A program made the translations under genes and the position numbers. Below the pieces are notes generated by a model, which searched no databases, was not told where the DNA came from, and saw nothing but the letters and a program-made list of their open reading frames with translations. From an uncultured bacterium (GTDB lineage: Bacteria; Patescibacteriota; Dojkabacteria; J137), in the NCBI GenBank assembly GCA_963700155.1, contig OY969472.1, forward strand, positions 598,431 through 662,430: a DNA stretch of 64,000 nucleotides, written 5' to 3'. Positions 51,243-61,017 of the stretch are shown here, piece by piece (the stretch's first letter is position 1; every line of letters begins with the position of its first letter).

Positions 51243-51674
51243 ATGCCAGTATTATTAGCTCAAGCAGGAACAGCTCCATCAGGGAATTTAGTTTGTAAAG
51301 TGTTTCCTTTTCTACAGAATATAAAATTTGATTATATTCAACAACTTTGTGGAACTGGACAAGAAATTACATCTCAAACAGCTGTTCAACAAGGAGTTCT
51401 ATTAGTGCAAACATTAGTCAGTCTTATTTTTGTAGGAATAATAATAATTGCAGTTTATGTAATTATTAAAGCTGCAATCAAGTATATTAGAAGTGAAGGA
51501 AATGATGAAAAGATTCAAGAAGCTCAGAAAGCAATTAAGAGTGTATTTATTGGTTTAGTTGCTTTATTTGTAGGAATAATAGGTTTAGTATTAATACTTG
51601 TAATCTTCAATGCATTAGGTGCAGTAAATAGCGCTACAGTAAATGATACTGGAGATATTGTTCGGCCTACATAA
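51243..51674 (+). CDS. VirB2/TrbC-like pilin 5
   Basis: TM-(KYIRSEGNDEKIQEAQKAIK)-TM; own promoter-like sequence upstream. Confidence 0.83.
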   Translation: MPVLLAQAGTAPSGNLVCKVFPFLQNIKFDYIQQLCGTGQEITSQTAVQQGVLLVQTLVSLIFVGIIIIAVYVIIKAAIKYIRSEGNDEKIQEAQKAIKSVFIGLVALFVGIIGLVLILVIFNALGAVNSATVNDTGDIVRPT

Positions 51675-51708
51675 TAAATACTTAAAAGTAGATTTTAAAA
51701 GGTAAGAA

Positions 51709-52488
51709 ATGCAGATGTTCTCAAAAAAGATTTTAATAACATCGCTTCTTACCTTTTTGTTTTTAAATTTCTTTCTTACATTTGTTTCAGCTCAAATTCA
51801 AACGACTCCTTTTTCAGGAAATGATGCTTCCAGCTATCAATGTATTGGGAAAAACGGACAAATTGAGCCTAATGCAAAAGTTCAAAAAGATTCAGTAACT
51901 AATAATTTTGTTTGTTATAACGCAGATGGAAGTATTATAGATAGAGATGGAAATGGCAAACCGGATCAAGCAATATTAAAACCTGTTGCCCTTGAACAAA
52001 TTCAAATTTGGTTTGTAAGAATAATTTATGTTATTTGGGCATTGGTTGGAACTTATTCATTCTTATTATTGGTATATTTAGGCTATCAATATATGCTTAG
52101 AGGAGGGACCTCAGATGAAGAATTAGTTAAACTACGAAAAAGAATAATCTACTATGTAATAGGATTTGCATTGGTATTTTTAGCAATTCCAATTCTTTCA
52201 ACTGTTTTTAGGCTTTTAAATATTAATACTGCAGTAGATTGTTATAATGTTAATATCCCAACTTTTCAGTTTTTCTTTGCAACACTTTGTACAGATCCAA
52301 ATGAAATTATTGTAGGTGAGCCATGTAACGTAGAAAACTGGCAAAGCGGAGCTGCTGTAGGGTTAGCATGTCCTACTAATGGTGAGGCGCATGGGTGTCC
52401 TACAGATTCATTACCTTTGATTTGTTATTACTGTAGCGGGAACATATGGAATAAAGGGACAATTTTCAACTCGCAATGTAGGCAATAA
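51709..52488 (+). CDS. VirB2/TrbC-like pilin 6 with a Cys-rich C-terminal domain
   Basis: VSA signal site, TM-(GYQYMLRGGTSDEELVKLRKRI)-TM, Cys-rich tail. Confidence 0.8.
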   Translation: MQMFSKKILITSLLTFLFLNFFLTFVSAQIQTTPFSGNDASSYQCIGKNGQIEPNAKVQKDSVTNNFVCYNADGSIIDRDGNGKPDQAILKPVALEQIQIWFVRIIYVIWALVGTYSFLLLVYLGYQYMLRGGTSDEELVKLRKRIIYYVIGFALVFLAIPILSTVFRLLNINTAVDCYNVNIPTFQFFFATLCTDPNEIIVGEPCNVENWQSGAAVGLACPTNGEAHGCPTDSLPLICYYCSGNIWNKGTIFNSQCRQ

Positions 52489-52584
52489 TTATATCCTAAG
52501 TGTTGTAACAAAATGTCAAACTTTCGTAATTTCTTTTTTTCATATACAATGTGTTAGTTAACTACTTTGCTTAACTTTAAAACT

Positions 52585-54141
52585 ATGGCTTTAAAAATTT
52601 TATCAATCGAAATAAAAGATTCTAGGGTAAACTTTCAGAAGAAATATGAATTTGCCGAAGAATTATTTGTAAGACAAAGTGAAGCGGTTTTAATTCTTCA
52701 AAATATTTTGAACTTTATTTCAATACCGAATAGAAATCTGATCGAAGCTACAACCGAAGTTCAGATCGATTCTGATTTAATTAAGATTTATAAATCATAT
52801 TCTACAAACTCTGTTAAATATTTTATTAACAATAAGGAAGAAAATATAGACATATATAAGTGGCTGTCAGAGAAACTGAAATTGACAATAGATCCACCAT
52901 CATGGGGAAGCAGGTTTATTGATTTAAAAAATGAGAATGTTCAAAATATTGATGATTTGAATAAGCTGTTCAGAAATAAAGATGCGATTTTGCAGCCTTC
53001 TTCTGAACTCCTTCAGAAGAAGGCTGCTTTGACAGCTCAATTTGAGAAGTTAAGATTGGAATCGATTAAGGGATTAACTCAAGAACAAGTTCAAAAAAGC
53101 GATAGGTTGCGTGAAGTTAAATTACGAATAGATAGTATTCAAAAAGAAGTTGATGCTTATCAATCAGAAAAAACTGGGAAAGAAGATTTAGATTCAAATA
53201 TTAGAAATAAAGAGCAGGAACTAAGTACGATAAATGAAAAATTACAATCAGTAGAATCATTAAAGATCTCCAAGCAAAAAGCTGTTCAAGAGCTTCAAAA
53301 ATACAATTCTGTTTCAAATGTACAAAATTCTTCTGATTTAAAAAACGAAAAGATACAAAAACTTGAACAATCGCTGTACGGAGCCTTTACTAAACCAGTC
53401 CACAAAAGCATATCTGATGATGAGGCAGATGAATCTAAATTAAATTTGAAAAAAGTGCTCCTTATCATTCAAATCCCATTTACCTTAACTGTATTAATTA
53501 TTTTTTATCTATTAGTAAAACAAGAGTTAATTCTTTTAATAGGTTTTCTTTTGATAGTTTTAGAATTTGCTTATACTATTTTTGAATTCCAGAAAAAGCC
53601 TAAAGAGGACTTAAATCTTTTACAGCCGGAATCTCCACAACAGAATCAACAAGATGATATATCAGTTAACCTTAACCAAGATCAGATATTAATAAAACAA
53701 GCTTGGAGAGGAGCATATGAACAAGAATTGAACAGAATTGATCAATTAATTTCATCTAATCTAGATGGTAAAAGTTATGAGGATATGCAAAGTGAAAAAT
53801 CTAAGATAGATAATGAAATCGCACAGTTAAAAAAACAACAGGAAGATTTAGAAAAAAATAGTTTGGATTCTGAGAGTTACTATAAAAAGAGAAGAGAGTT
53901 AGATATTTTAAAAATTGAAAAAGAGAATCTTGAATTTGGGTCAAATATACAAATACCAAATGAAGATCAGCTAAATAATTTGAGTCTTCAGCTAGATCAA
54001 ATAGATGAAGATATTGATTCGATTGAAGATATAAGAAGCTCTTTGCCTTTTATAATAATTAATATAAAAGATTCAATAAAAGAAATGCTAAAGAATTTAT
54101 CTTTAAGAAGGCAGATTATTTTAATTAGTAGCAGGAAATGA
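52585..54141 (+). CDS. Long coiled-coil protein with a central TM hairpin (YhaN/SMC-like architecture, no Walker A seen)
   Basis: Heptad-rich arms around two TMs; ends LPFIII...RRQIILIS; ATGA overlap with the next gene. Confidence 0.7.
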   Translation: MALKILSIEIKDSRVNFQKKYEFAEELFVRQSEAVLILQNILNFISIPNRNLIEATTEVQIDSDLIKIYKSYSTNSVKYFINNKEENIDIYKWLSEKLKLTIDPPSWGSRFIDLKNENVQNIDDLNKLFRNKDAILQPSSELLQKKAALTAQFEKLRLESIKGLTQEQVQKSDRLREVKLRIDSIQKEVDAYQSEKTGKEDLDSNIRNKEQELSTINEKLQSVESLKISKQKAVQELQKYNSVSNVQNSSDLKNEKIQKLEQSLYGAFTKPVHKSISDDEADESKLNLKKVLLIIQIPFTLTVLIIFYLLVKQELILLIGFLLIVLEFAYTIFEFQKKPKEDLNLLQPESPQQNQQDDISVNLNQDQILIKQAWRGAYEQELNRIDQLISSNLDGKSYEDMQSEKSKIDNEIAQLKKQQEDLEKNSLDSESYYKKRRELDILKIEKENLEFGSNIQIPNEDQLNNLSLQLDQIDEDIDSIEDIRSSLPFIIINIKDSIKEMLKNLSLRRQIILISSRK

Positions 54142-55913
54142 AAGAAAGATTAAGAGTTGCGGCTATAATAACTTTAATAATCTTTACACTAACTAGCAGT
54201 GTAGTTTTTGCCAGATCTTCTTCAGATATCCAAAAAGATATAGATAAACAACAGCAGGAGCTTCAACAAACAGAAGATGATTTGAATGCTGCCAAAAATA
54301 ACCTTGATTATTATAATGGTGCTTTATCACAGGCGAGTGGAGGAGTTCCGCAGCTTGAGGCTCAAATAAAACAGATAGAGGCACAGATTGAATATAATCA
54401 AAAACAGTTGGATTTATTAAAGCAGAGCAAAGATTTAAAAGAGCTTGAGAAGGCACAAAAGGAAGCTGAAAGACAGGAATCCTTAAAAAGTAATTATATG
54501 ACTTGGAGATCAAGGTCAATTGGATTTGTGCAGTTTTTGAATGATGAATATGATTTCAAAAAGAATGAACAGTACAGCGATTTGATTTTAAATCGTCAGC
54601 AAAATAATATTATGGGATTGAACTCAGAGCTTACTGTAATCAATGCTGATATAGACCAGTATGCAACAAAAAAGGCGGACTTAGAGAAGTCAAATACAGA
54701 TTTGCAAAAACAAAAACAAGATCTAGAAAATCAAATCGCGTACTATAACTCTCAAATTAACTATAACAGCAGCAGCATTAGTAATTTAGAAAATAATATT
54801 AACAGTATTCAAAAAACTATCTCGCTTTTATCTGGTGAACAAAAAGATGCTTATCTTAAAGAGGCTGAACTTGCCCAACAGGCAGGTAATGGGGGCCAAA
54901 GTATTGGAGGGTGCGTAACTTCAGATGATGGAAATAATGATAATAATATTCAATTTTGCGGAGTTGGAAATGATTTTGTTCAAGGACATGGTGTGGGTAT
55001 GAGCCAGTGGGGAGCAAATGGGATGGCCTTAAAAGGCTTTAGTGCTAATGAGATAACGCAGTTTTATTATACTGGAGTTCAAGTTGCTACTGGATATCAG
55101 AATAGAACTGTTAATGTGGAAGGGTATGGAACAATAAATGTTGAAGATTATGTTGCAGGACAAGGAGAGGTGCCGGGAAGAGCATGCGGAACGCAACAGC
55201 AAGCAAATCAAAATCCAAGCAAGTATGTTGTAGATAATCCGAACTCTTCTTGGGATTGTTGGCCAGAAGAGGCAATTAAAGCTCAGGCAATTGCATTTAG
55301 AACTTATGGACTTTATTATGCTGGCTTCTTGCATGCAGATGCAAGAAGCCAGGTCTACAACGGTTCCCATTATTCACAATGGGCTGCTGATGAGACTAAA
55401 GGTAAAGTCTTAACTTCTGGTGGTCAAATAATTGAAGCTTTGTATTCTGCAGATAATAATCAAGGCTTCGGAACTGCTAATAATGAAACTATATTTCAAG
55501 ATTTTGCTGGAAATGGTACAGCTATATCATATCTTAGATCAGTTAATGATAATGCTATGGCTACTTATACTAGTTACACCAATTGGGGGTATAGAAGTAA
55601 TACTTATACAATGAATGATATTTATAATATGATGAATTGGACCATTTCAAATGATGGAGGAGGCTTTGCCAGTTTTTTGCAAGGTATAAAAAATCAACTT
55701 GGGGCAAAGCCTACAAAGATTTCATTTATAAGAGATCCTTCACTTAGAGTAGCAAAGGTAAAGCTTCAAACTCAGAGTGGTAACTCAGCAATAATAGGTG
55801 CGTGGTGGTTTACGTATATGTACAATGTTTATAATAGCAGTCATAATGTGAAGACTCCTGAAGGTAATAAGGACTGGCTTTGGAGTCAGACATTCTTCGT
55901 GCATGTAAAGTAG
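54138..55913 (+). CDS. Secreted coiled-coil + SpoIID/LytB-domain peptidoglycan lytic enzyme
   Basis: Signal peptide, ~220-aa coiled coil, GHGVGMSQWGA, VEDYVAG.GE, WPEEAIKAQAIAFRTY, SQVY, YLRSV.D. Confidence 0.88.
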   Translation: MKERLRVAAIITLIIFTLTSSVVFARSSSDIQKDIDKQQQELQQTEDDLNAAKNNLDYYNGALSQASGGVPQLEAQIKQIEAQIEYNQKQLDLLKQSKDLKELEKAQKEAERQESLKSNYMTWRSRSIGFVQFLNDEYDFKKNEQYSDLILNRQQNNIMGLNSELTVINADIDQYATKKADLEKSNTDLQKQKQDLENQIAYYNSQINYNSSSISNLENNINSIQKTISLLSGEQKDAYLKEAELAQQAGNGGQSIGGCVTSDDGNNDNNIQFCGVGNDFVQGHGVGMSQWGANGMALKGFSANEITQFYYTGVQVATGYQNRTVNVEGYGTINVEDYVAGQGEVPGRACGTQQQANQNPSKYVVDNPNSSWDCWPEEAIKAQAIAFRTYGLYYAGFLHADARSQVYNGSHYSQWAADETKGKVLTSGGQIIEALYSADNNQGFGTANNETIFQDFAGNGTAISYLRSVNDNAMATYTSYTNWGYRSNTYTMNDIYNMMNWTISNDGGGFASFLQGIKNQLGAKPTKISFIRDPSLRVAKVKLQTQSGNSAIIGAWWFTYMYNVYNSSHNVKTPEGNKDWLWSQTFFVHVK

Positions 55914-56461
55914 AAGGAATATTATTTTACTTCCCAAATACCCAGTAGAGTGGAGTTTCTTTAAATAGAGTCTAGAATCAACAATTCTAGTATTTAATTT
56001 CCCTGCAATATTTAAAATTCCTATATAAGGTCCTCTCAGAACATTGTTAGAGTTTTAAAATATGTTCTTCGAGCAAGGTAGTTATTTAATAAGCTTAAAA
56101 ACTTGTTTAAGGGTTAGCTAGAGATATTTATTACAGTGTATTTATATATACTATTTACCTTATGAGGTCTCCCTTTTATTAGATTCTTGGCGTAATGAAT
56201 ATCATATACAAGACTAATAATTAACGTTTTGAATAGATATTCTTTAGAATACTGTATTTTCTTAATCAAAGTATCCACAATCTACGATCAAAGTTACATA
56301 GATGTAATTCTATTTAACAATTTATGTCAACTTATGGAAACTTTAGTATAATTAATAATAGTACAAACGCCAATTATCAATGACAGTTTTTAAGTGTGAA
56401 ACATTTACAAAAGTAAATTTAGCTTATAAATGCTAAAATAGGATAAATTTAATCAATTAAG

Positions 56462-57151
56462 ATGAATAATCAAGAAAGTGGTGTAAAAACTCCCATGAAT
56501 CTTTCAAATAAACCTCCTAGGCCATTTAACAGAGGTTTAGCTCAAGTAGTTGACGAAGAGTTAGAAAGAGTAGTTCCTGAAAAGGTTTCAAAATGGTTTG
56601 GAAGTCTTTCTTATAGACCTAAGGCTACTTTCTTTTCTAATCAGAATCCAGAAGAGAAAGTCTACTTATTATTAAGAAGACATTGGATAAAAAACCTCGG
56701 ATGGATAATAAGTAATACTTTCTACGCTTTTGTACCGATAATTATTCTTGTTATATCAGATGCCTTAAGAATTTCTCTTGATTTTATAAGCTTTAAAGTC
56801 TATTTCATTATAATATTGGCATATTATTCAGTTATTCTTACTAATGTACTTAGAAACTTCTATGACTGGTACTTTGATATTTATATAGTTACTAATGAGA
56901 GAGTTTTAGAATATTCATTTAGTCCTTTTGTATCATATAGTATTTTAGAAGCAGAATTAGAAAGCATTCAGGATGTAAAAGAGAGTGCAAATGGAGTAGT
57001 TGCTGATATTTTCAGCTACGGAGATTTACGGATAACAACTGCCTCAAGGCTAGGAGAGCTCTTTTTTGATTCAATTCCAAGTTCGACAGAAGTTCGTAAT
57101 ATTTTAATGGATCTTGTAGAAATTATTGACGAATATAAACATGAACTTTGA
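56462..57151 (+). CDS. Membrane protein with a bacterial PH (bPH_2-like) domain
   Basis: EKVYLLLRRHW, two TMs, DWYFDIYIVTNERV, IQDV, FSYGDLRITTA. Confidence 0.82.
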   Translation: MNNQESGVKTPMNLSNKPPRPFNRGLAQVVDEELERVVPEKVSKWFGSLSYRPKATFFSNQNPEEKVYLLLRRHWIKNLGWIISNTFYAFVPIIILVISDALRISLDFISFKVYFIIILAYYSVILTNVLRNFYDWYFDIYIVTNERVLEYSFSPFVSYSILEAELESIQDVKESANGVVADIFSYGDLRITTASRLGELFFDSIPSSTEVRNILMDLVEIIDEYKHEL

Positions 57152-57362
57152 TATAAATATAAATAACAACTTAATACAATTTGCAAAAATAGTAGCTTTA
57201 TTCTTTGCTATGTTCCATCTTTTGGTTGGTTTCGTACTTTATAGAAGAGTAGCCAGAATAAATAAAATTTTAACTACTTCTAGATCCTGGCTGATTACTT
57301 CAATGAATATAACCTATATCGTCATTCTGATTCTTCTAATCATTTTGATTATTGTTGCCTAA
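57141..57362 (+). CDS. Small two-TM protein
   Basis: Two hydrophobic helices; overlaps the upstream stop. Confidence 0.6.
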   Translation: MNFDININNNLIQFAKIVALFFAMFHLLVGFVLYRRVARINKILTTSRSWLITSMNITYIVILILLIILIIVA

Positions 57363-57455
57363 AGGGATATTATTAATTAAATTTAGGGTTTAATATATTA
57401 ACTTCTAATGCAATTTTGATATACTGAACTTGAATTTAATCTAACTGGATTTTTT

Positions 57456-59852
57456 ATGAATATAAAAGCCGAATACCTTGTAGGTAAACAAAAGAATAAT
57501 GAATGGGCAGGAGTTTATGGTTATAGGCCTGAAAGTGATACTGATAAAAGTAAAGCAGAAATGTTTGCTGTTACTAGAATACAAACAGATGCTGAAGTTG
57601 ATAATCTTGAAAGAGTTGCAAAAATGCTTCTTGATGAACTTCAACAGAATTTTTACTCCGATGAAGAGTCTAAAGATGAAATCTTAAGAATTGAACATGC
57701 TTTCAACAAAATGAAAGCGAAATTAGAAGTAATACTTTCAAGGGAAGAGGAAATCCAGGAGAAAGGTCTTGATATTGAGATTGCAGCAGCATTTTTGCTA
57801 GATGATGTACTTTATGTTGGGGTTGTCGGCGAAAGTAAGGTTTTTATATTTAGAAATGATAAATTTGTAGATATAACAAGAGCATTAGTTGATGCTAATA
57901 TGTCTGGATTTATTAAAACTGGTAGTTTAAAGGTCCAGGATGACGACATATTTTGTTTAGCAACCTCCAAAGTAGCTGCTGATTCTGAGGCTTTGCAGAA
58001 TGGAGTGTCCAAATTGAATACAGAATTAATGGCAGAGCTCAAAGATATTGAAGGATCTGCAATATTATTATTTGCTGATGAGTCACTACAATGGAATAAG
58101 ACTGTTGAATTCCAAGATGAAAAAATGACAGAAGAAGCTTCAATTGATCAAACAGTTGAAGAAGAAAAAGACTTCTCCTCTCAAGATTTTGCCCCAGAAT
58201 TTTCGGAAGATAATCAAGAAGTACAACAATTAAGTCCTGTTGTAGGTGCTGTTCCAAATACTCCAATAGGAGATAATAATATTGTTGAAAATGAAAATAA
58301 GTTCTCAGAATTCAATGAGGAAGAAAATTCTGAAGATGAAGGTGAATATATTGAGACTGAAGAAAATGCAGATTTAAGTGGAAGATCACAAATGGCTAAT
58401 AAGCTTACAAATCAAGTTGGTAATATAAAAACTAAATTATTCTCAATTTTCAGTAATGTAAAAACTAAAGGATCTAATTTTGCCGATAATTCAGACACTG
58501 GAAGTAAGAAGACTTATATAAAAATAATAAGCGATATTATTACCTGGATAAAAAATGGAATAACATCACTAATAAATATGTTTAAGCGCGAAATCTTAGG
58601 GCAGGGAATTGATCGAACAAACAGAGTACTTTATCAGAATAAGTTACAAAGAAACAGGAAGATTTTGTTTATAGTATTAGTTATTGCGGTAATATTTATT
58701 TATATTGGATTAAAAGATGCAGAATCAAGACGGATTGAAGCTGAGAGAATTGATAATGCGAGAACAGAGCTTACTCAGTTACAAAATGATTTCGCGCCTT
58801 TGAACTCCCAGGTTGAAACAGTAAAAACACAAGCTCAAGCTAAAAAAGATATTCTAATTTCAAGTTTAGATAATATTATTAATGAAGCAGAATCACAAAA
58901 GAGTACTGGTTTGTTGACGAATGATCTAAATGATTTAATTACTCAAGCAAATCAAGCAAAAGACAATGTCCAGTTAATAAAAGAAGTAAATTCTGAAAAT
59001 ATACAGGTAATTTCGGATATTGGGAAAGTTCATGCAGATTCAGAACCTACTGGTATTGTATTTACGAATGGTAATATATTCGTAAGTGATAATAAAAGAG
59101 GTGTAATATATAAAATAACTCCAAATGTTAACTCTGATCCAACAGAATTTGTTAAAAACTTAACAAGTCCTAATGTACTTACAAAAAATTCAGCTGGAGA
59201 TATAATTTTCTATGACAGTGATTCTTCAACTGCAATAGCAAAAGTAAATCCTAAATCTGGTGAAGTTTATCGATTTCCTTATTTATCTACCGGGGTTATA
59301 GGCACAATTACTAAGGCTGCTGTATATAGTGGGAATGATGCTTTATATGAAATTCATCAGGATCACCAGCAGATATTTAAAAGGGATAAAGATGGACAAA
59401 ACTATTTTGGAGGTGGGGCGATTTATTCAACAGTTAATCCACCTAACTGGAAAACAGATCCAGAATTTTCAAAAGCAATTGATATAGCAGCACCTTACGA
59501 GATATATGTATTAATCCAAGGTGGAGGGTTAAGAAGATATCTTGCTGGCGGAGATAATTCGTTAACTTATGATACTTTCTCGAATTTCGCGCAAAGTGAT
59601 TATAATGCTATAAATGATGCAACAGCAATCGATGTCGATGGAAAGTATTTAGCAGTAGCAGATCCAAAGAACAAAAGAGTATTAGTGTTCGAAATACAGG
59701 ATAATGATCAGAAGAATTTGCGATTTACTAAGCAATTCGTTTATAGAGGAGATGATAATACTTTTAGTAACATTACAGAATTGGCTGTAAGTGAGGCAAA
59801 TAATGAAGTATTTGTTCTCGATGGAACTAAAGTAGTTAAATTAAATTTATAG
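57456..59852 (+). CDS. Bitopic protein: degenerate PP2C-like N-domain, acidic linker, TM, coiled coil, beta-propeller
   Basis: LYVGVVGESKVFIFRN / GSLKVQDDDIFCLAT (PP2C-like fold lacking the metal-binding DG motifs); propeller blades such as IFVSD, LAVAD, VFVLD. Confidence 0.7.
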   Translation: MNIKAEYLVGKQKNNEWAGVYGYRPESDTDKSKAEMFAVTRIQTDAEVDNLERVAKMLLDELQQNFYSDEESKDEILRIEHAFNKMKAKLEVILSREEEIQEKGLDIEIAAAFLLDDVLYVGVVGESKVFIFRNDKFVDITRALVDANMSGFIKTGSLKVQDDDIFCLATSKVAADSEALQNGVSKLNTELMAELKDIEGSAILLFADESLQWNKTVEFQDEKMTEEASIDQTVEEEKDFSSQDFAPEFSEDNQEVQQLSPVVGAVPNTPIGDNNIVENENKFSEFNEEENSEDEGEYIETEENADLSGRSQMANKLTNQVGNIKTKLFSIFSNVKTKGSNFADNSDTGSKKTYIKIISDIITWIKNGITSLINMFKREILGQGIDRTNRVLYQNKLQRNRKILFIVLVIAVIFIYIGLKDAESRRIEAERIDNARTELTQLQNDFAPLNSQVETVKTQAQAKKDILISSLDNIINEAESQKSTGLLTNDLNDLITQANQAKDNVQLIKEVNSENIQVISDIGKVHADSEPTGIVFTNGNIFVSDNKRGVIYKITPNVNSDPTEFVKNLTSPNVLTKNSAGDIIFYDSDSSTAIAKVNPKSGEVYRFPYLSTGVIGTITKAAVYSGNDALYEIHQDHQQIFKRDKDGQNYFGGGAIYSTVNPPNWKTDPEFSKAIDIAAPYEIYVLIQGGGLRRYLAGGDNSLTYDTFSNFAQSDYNAINDATAIDVDGKYLAVADPKNKRVLVFEIQDNDQKNLRFTKQFVYRGDDNTFSNITELAVSEANNEVFVLDGTKVVKLNL

Positions 59853-59873
59853 GAATATGCTATTATAAGCTTT

Positions 59874-60329
59874 ATGAAAAGCTTAAGCAGTAACAAAAAA
59901 GCACACTTTGATTATGAAGTTTTAGATAAAATTGAAGCAGGGATTTCCTTATTTGGATGGGAAGTTAAATCAATAAAAGCTGGTTCAATGTCTTTATCGT
60001 CTTCATTTGTAATAATCAGAGATGGTGAGGTTTATATAATCGATAGCTTTGTCCCTTCATGGAAATCTGCACCAAAAGAGAGTAAAGAAGTTGAGAATCG
60101 AAAGAGGAAATTATTAATGACAAAATCAGAGATACATAGCCTTGAAGGAAAATTAAAACAAACTGGATTTTCTGCTGTTCCTTTAGAGATTTATGAAAAT
60201 GAAAAAGGGATAATAAAAGTTACTGTTGCTGTTGTAAGGGGTAAAAAAAGATTTGATAAGAGAAGGAAGTTAAAAGAGAAAGATTTAAAAAGAAGAGTGG
60301 AGTCTGAAAGAAAACAATATAATTTTTAA
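59874..60329 (+). CDS. smpB: SsrA-binding protein SmpB
   Basis: NKKAHFDY, EAGISLFGWEVKSIK, RKRKLLM, GKKRFDKR. Confidence 0.97.
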   Translation: MKSLSSNKKAHFDYEVLDKIEAGISLFGWEVKSIKAGSMSLSSSFVIIRDGEVYIIDSFVPSWKSAPKESKEVENRKRKLLMTKSEIHSLEGKLKQTGFSAVPLEIYENEKGIIKVTVAVVRGKKRFDKRRKLKEKDLKRRVESERKQYNF

Positions 60330-60355
60330 TTTTGTCCGATTTACAGACATTAAAT

Positions 60356-60934
60356 ATGGATAGTAATAATAATCAAAAAGTAGATCCTCAATTAGTTCAG
60401 ATTTTAGAACTTTTAGGTAAATTTGGTTTTAAATTTTTTGGATATAGTGAGAATAAAGAACCTTTAGTTATTGCAGAGAATGGGCAGGTGGTAACTGTCT
60501 CTGTAGCATATAACTTTGTACAGACACAAATGGCAAAAGCATCTGCGGCAGCTTCAATGGGGAATATTGAAACGATGCCACAAATGCCGCAGATGCCTCA
60601 AATGCCAACATCGCCAGAAGGTAAAGTTGAAAGCAAATTAGAGCAAGGTATGGAAAAGCAGGATAAGACAAACTTTGGCCTAGAAAATATACCTAAAATT
60701 GGGAATCAGCAACAGACTAATCCTCAAAATCAAGGGCAACAGCAAGTTCCTCAACAAGTCTTTGGAGATGGTTTCAAAATTAGCTCTTTTAATCCATCTA
60801 ACATTGATCAGACAATAGAATTTGTTAAGAAAAATAGTCAAGCAAGTCAAACTTCCCCAAAAAAGTATTTAGCAATTCAGTTAGAAAAATTCTTGGCGGA
60901 AATACGCATGTCAAGGCAAAATAATAAAAGCTAA
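60356..60934 (+). CDS. Hypothetical Gln/Pro-rich protein
   Basis: ORF with (MPQ)3 and Q-rich linkers; ATG at 60356 preferred. Confidence 0.65.
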   Translation: MDSNNNQKVDPQLVQILELLGKFGFKFFGYSENKEPLVIAENGQVVTVSVAYNFVQTQMAKASAAASMGNIETMPQMPQMPQMPTSPEGKVESKLEQGMEKQDKTNFGLENIPKIGNQQQTNPQNQGQQQVPQQVFGDGFKISSFNPSNIDQTIEFVKKNSQASQTSPKKYLAIQLEKFLAEIRMSRQNNKS

Positions 60935-61017
60935 AGTTAATCTTGAATTACTAAACTTTTCTTTCAACAGCGGTTATAATGAAGGGAATAAATTTAATTT
61001 TGGGACTGTAAATATTT

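Noticed and set aside
56271-56279. oriC
   Set aside because: Only one imperfect DnaA box and no dnaA/dnaN nearby; insufficient evidence.
60573-60608. Short tandem repeat ATGCCNCAR
   Set aside because: Encodes a low-complexity (MPQ)n linker with synonymous variation; not a CRISPR or contingency repeat.
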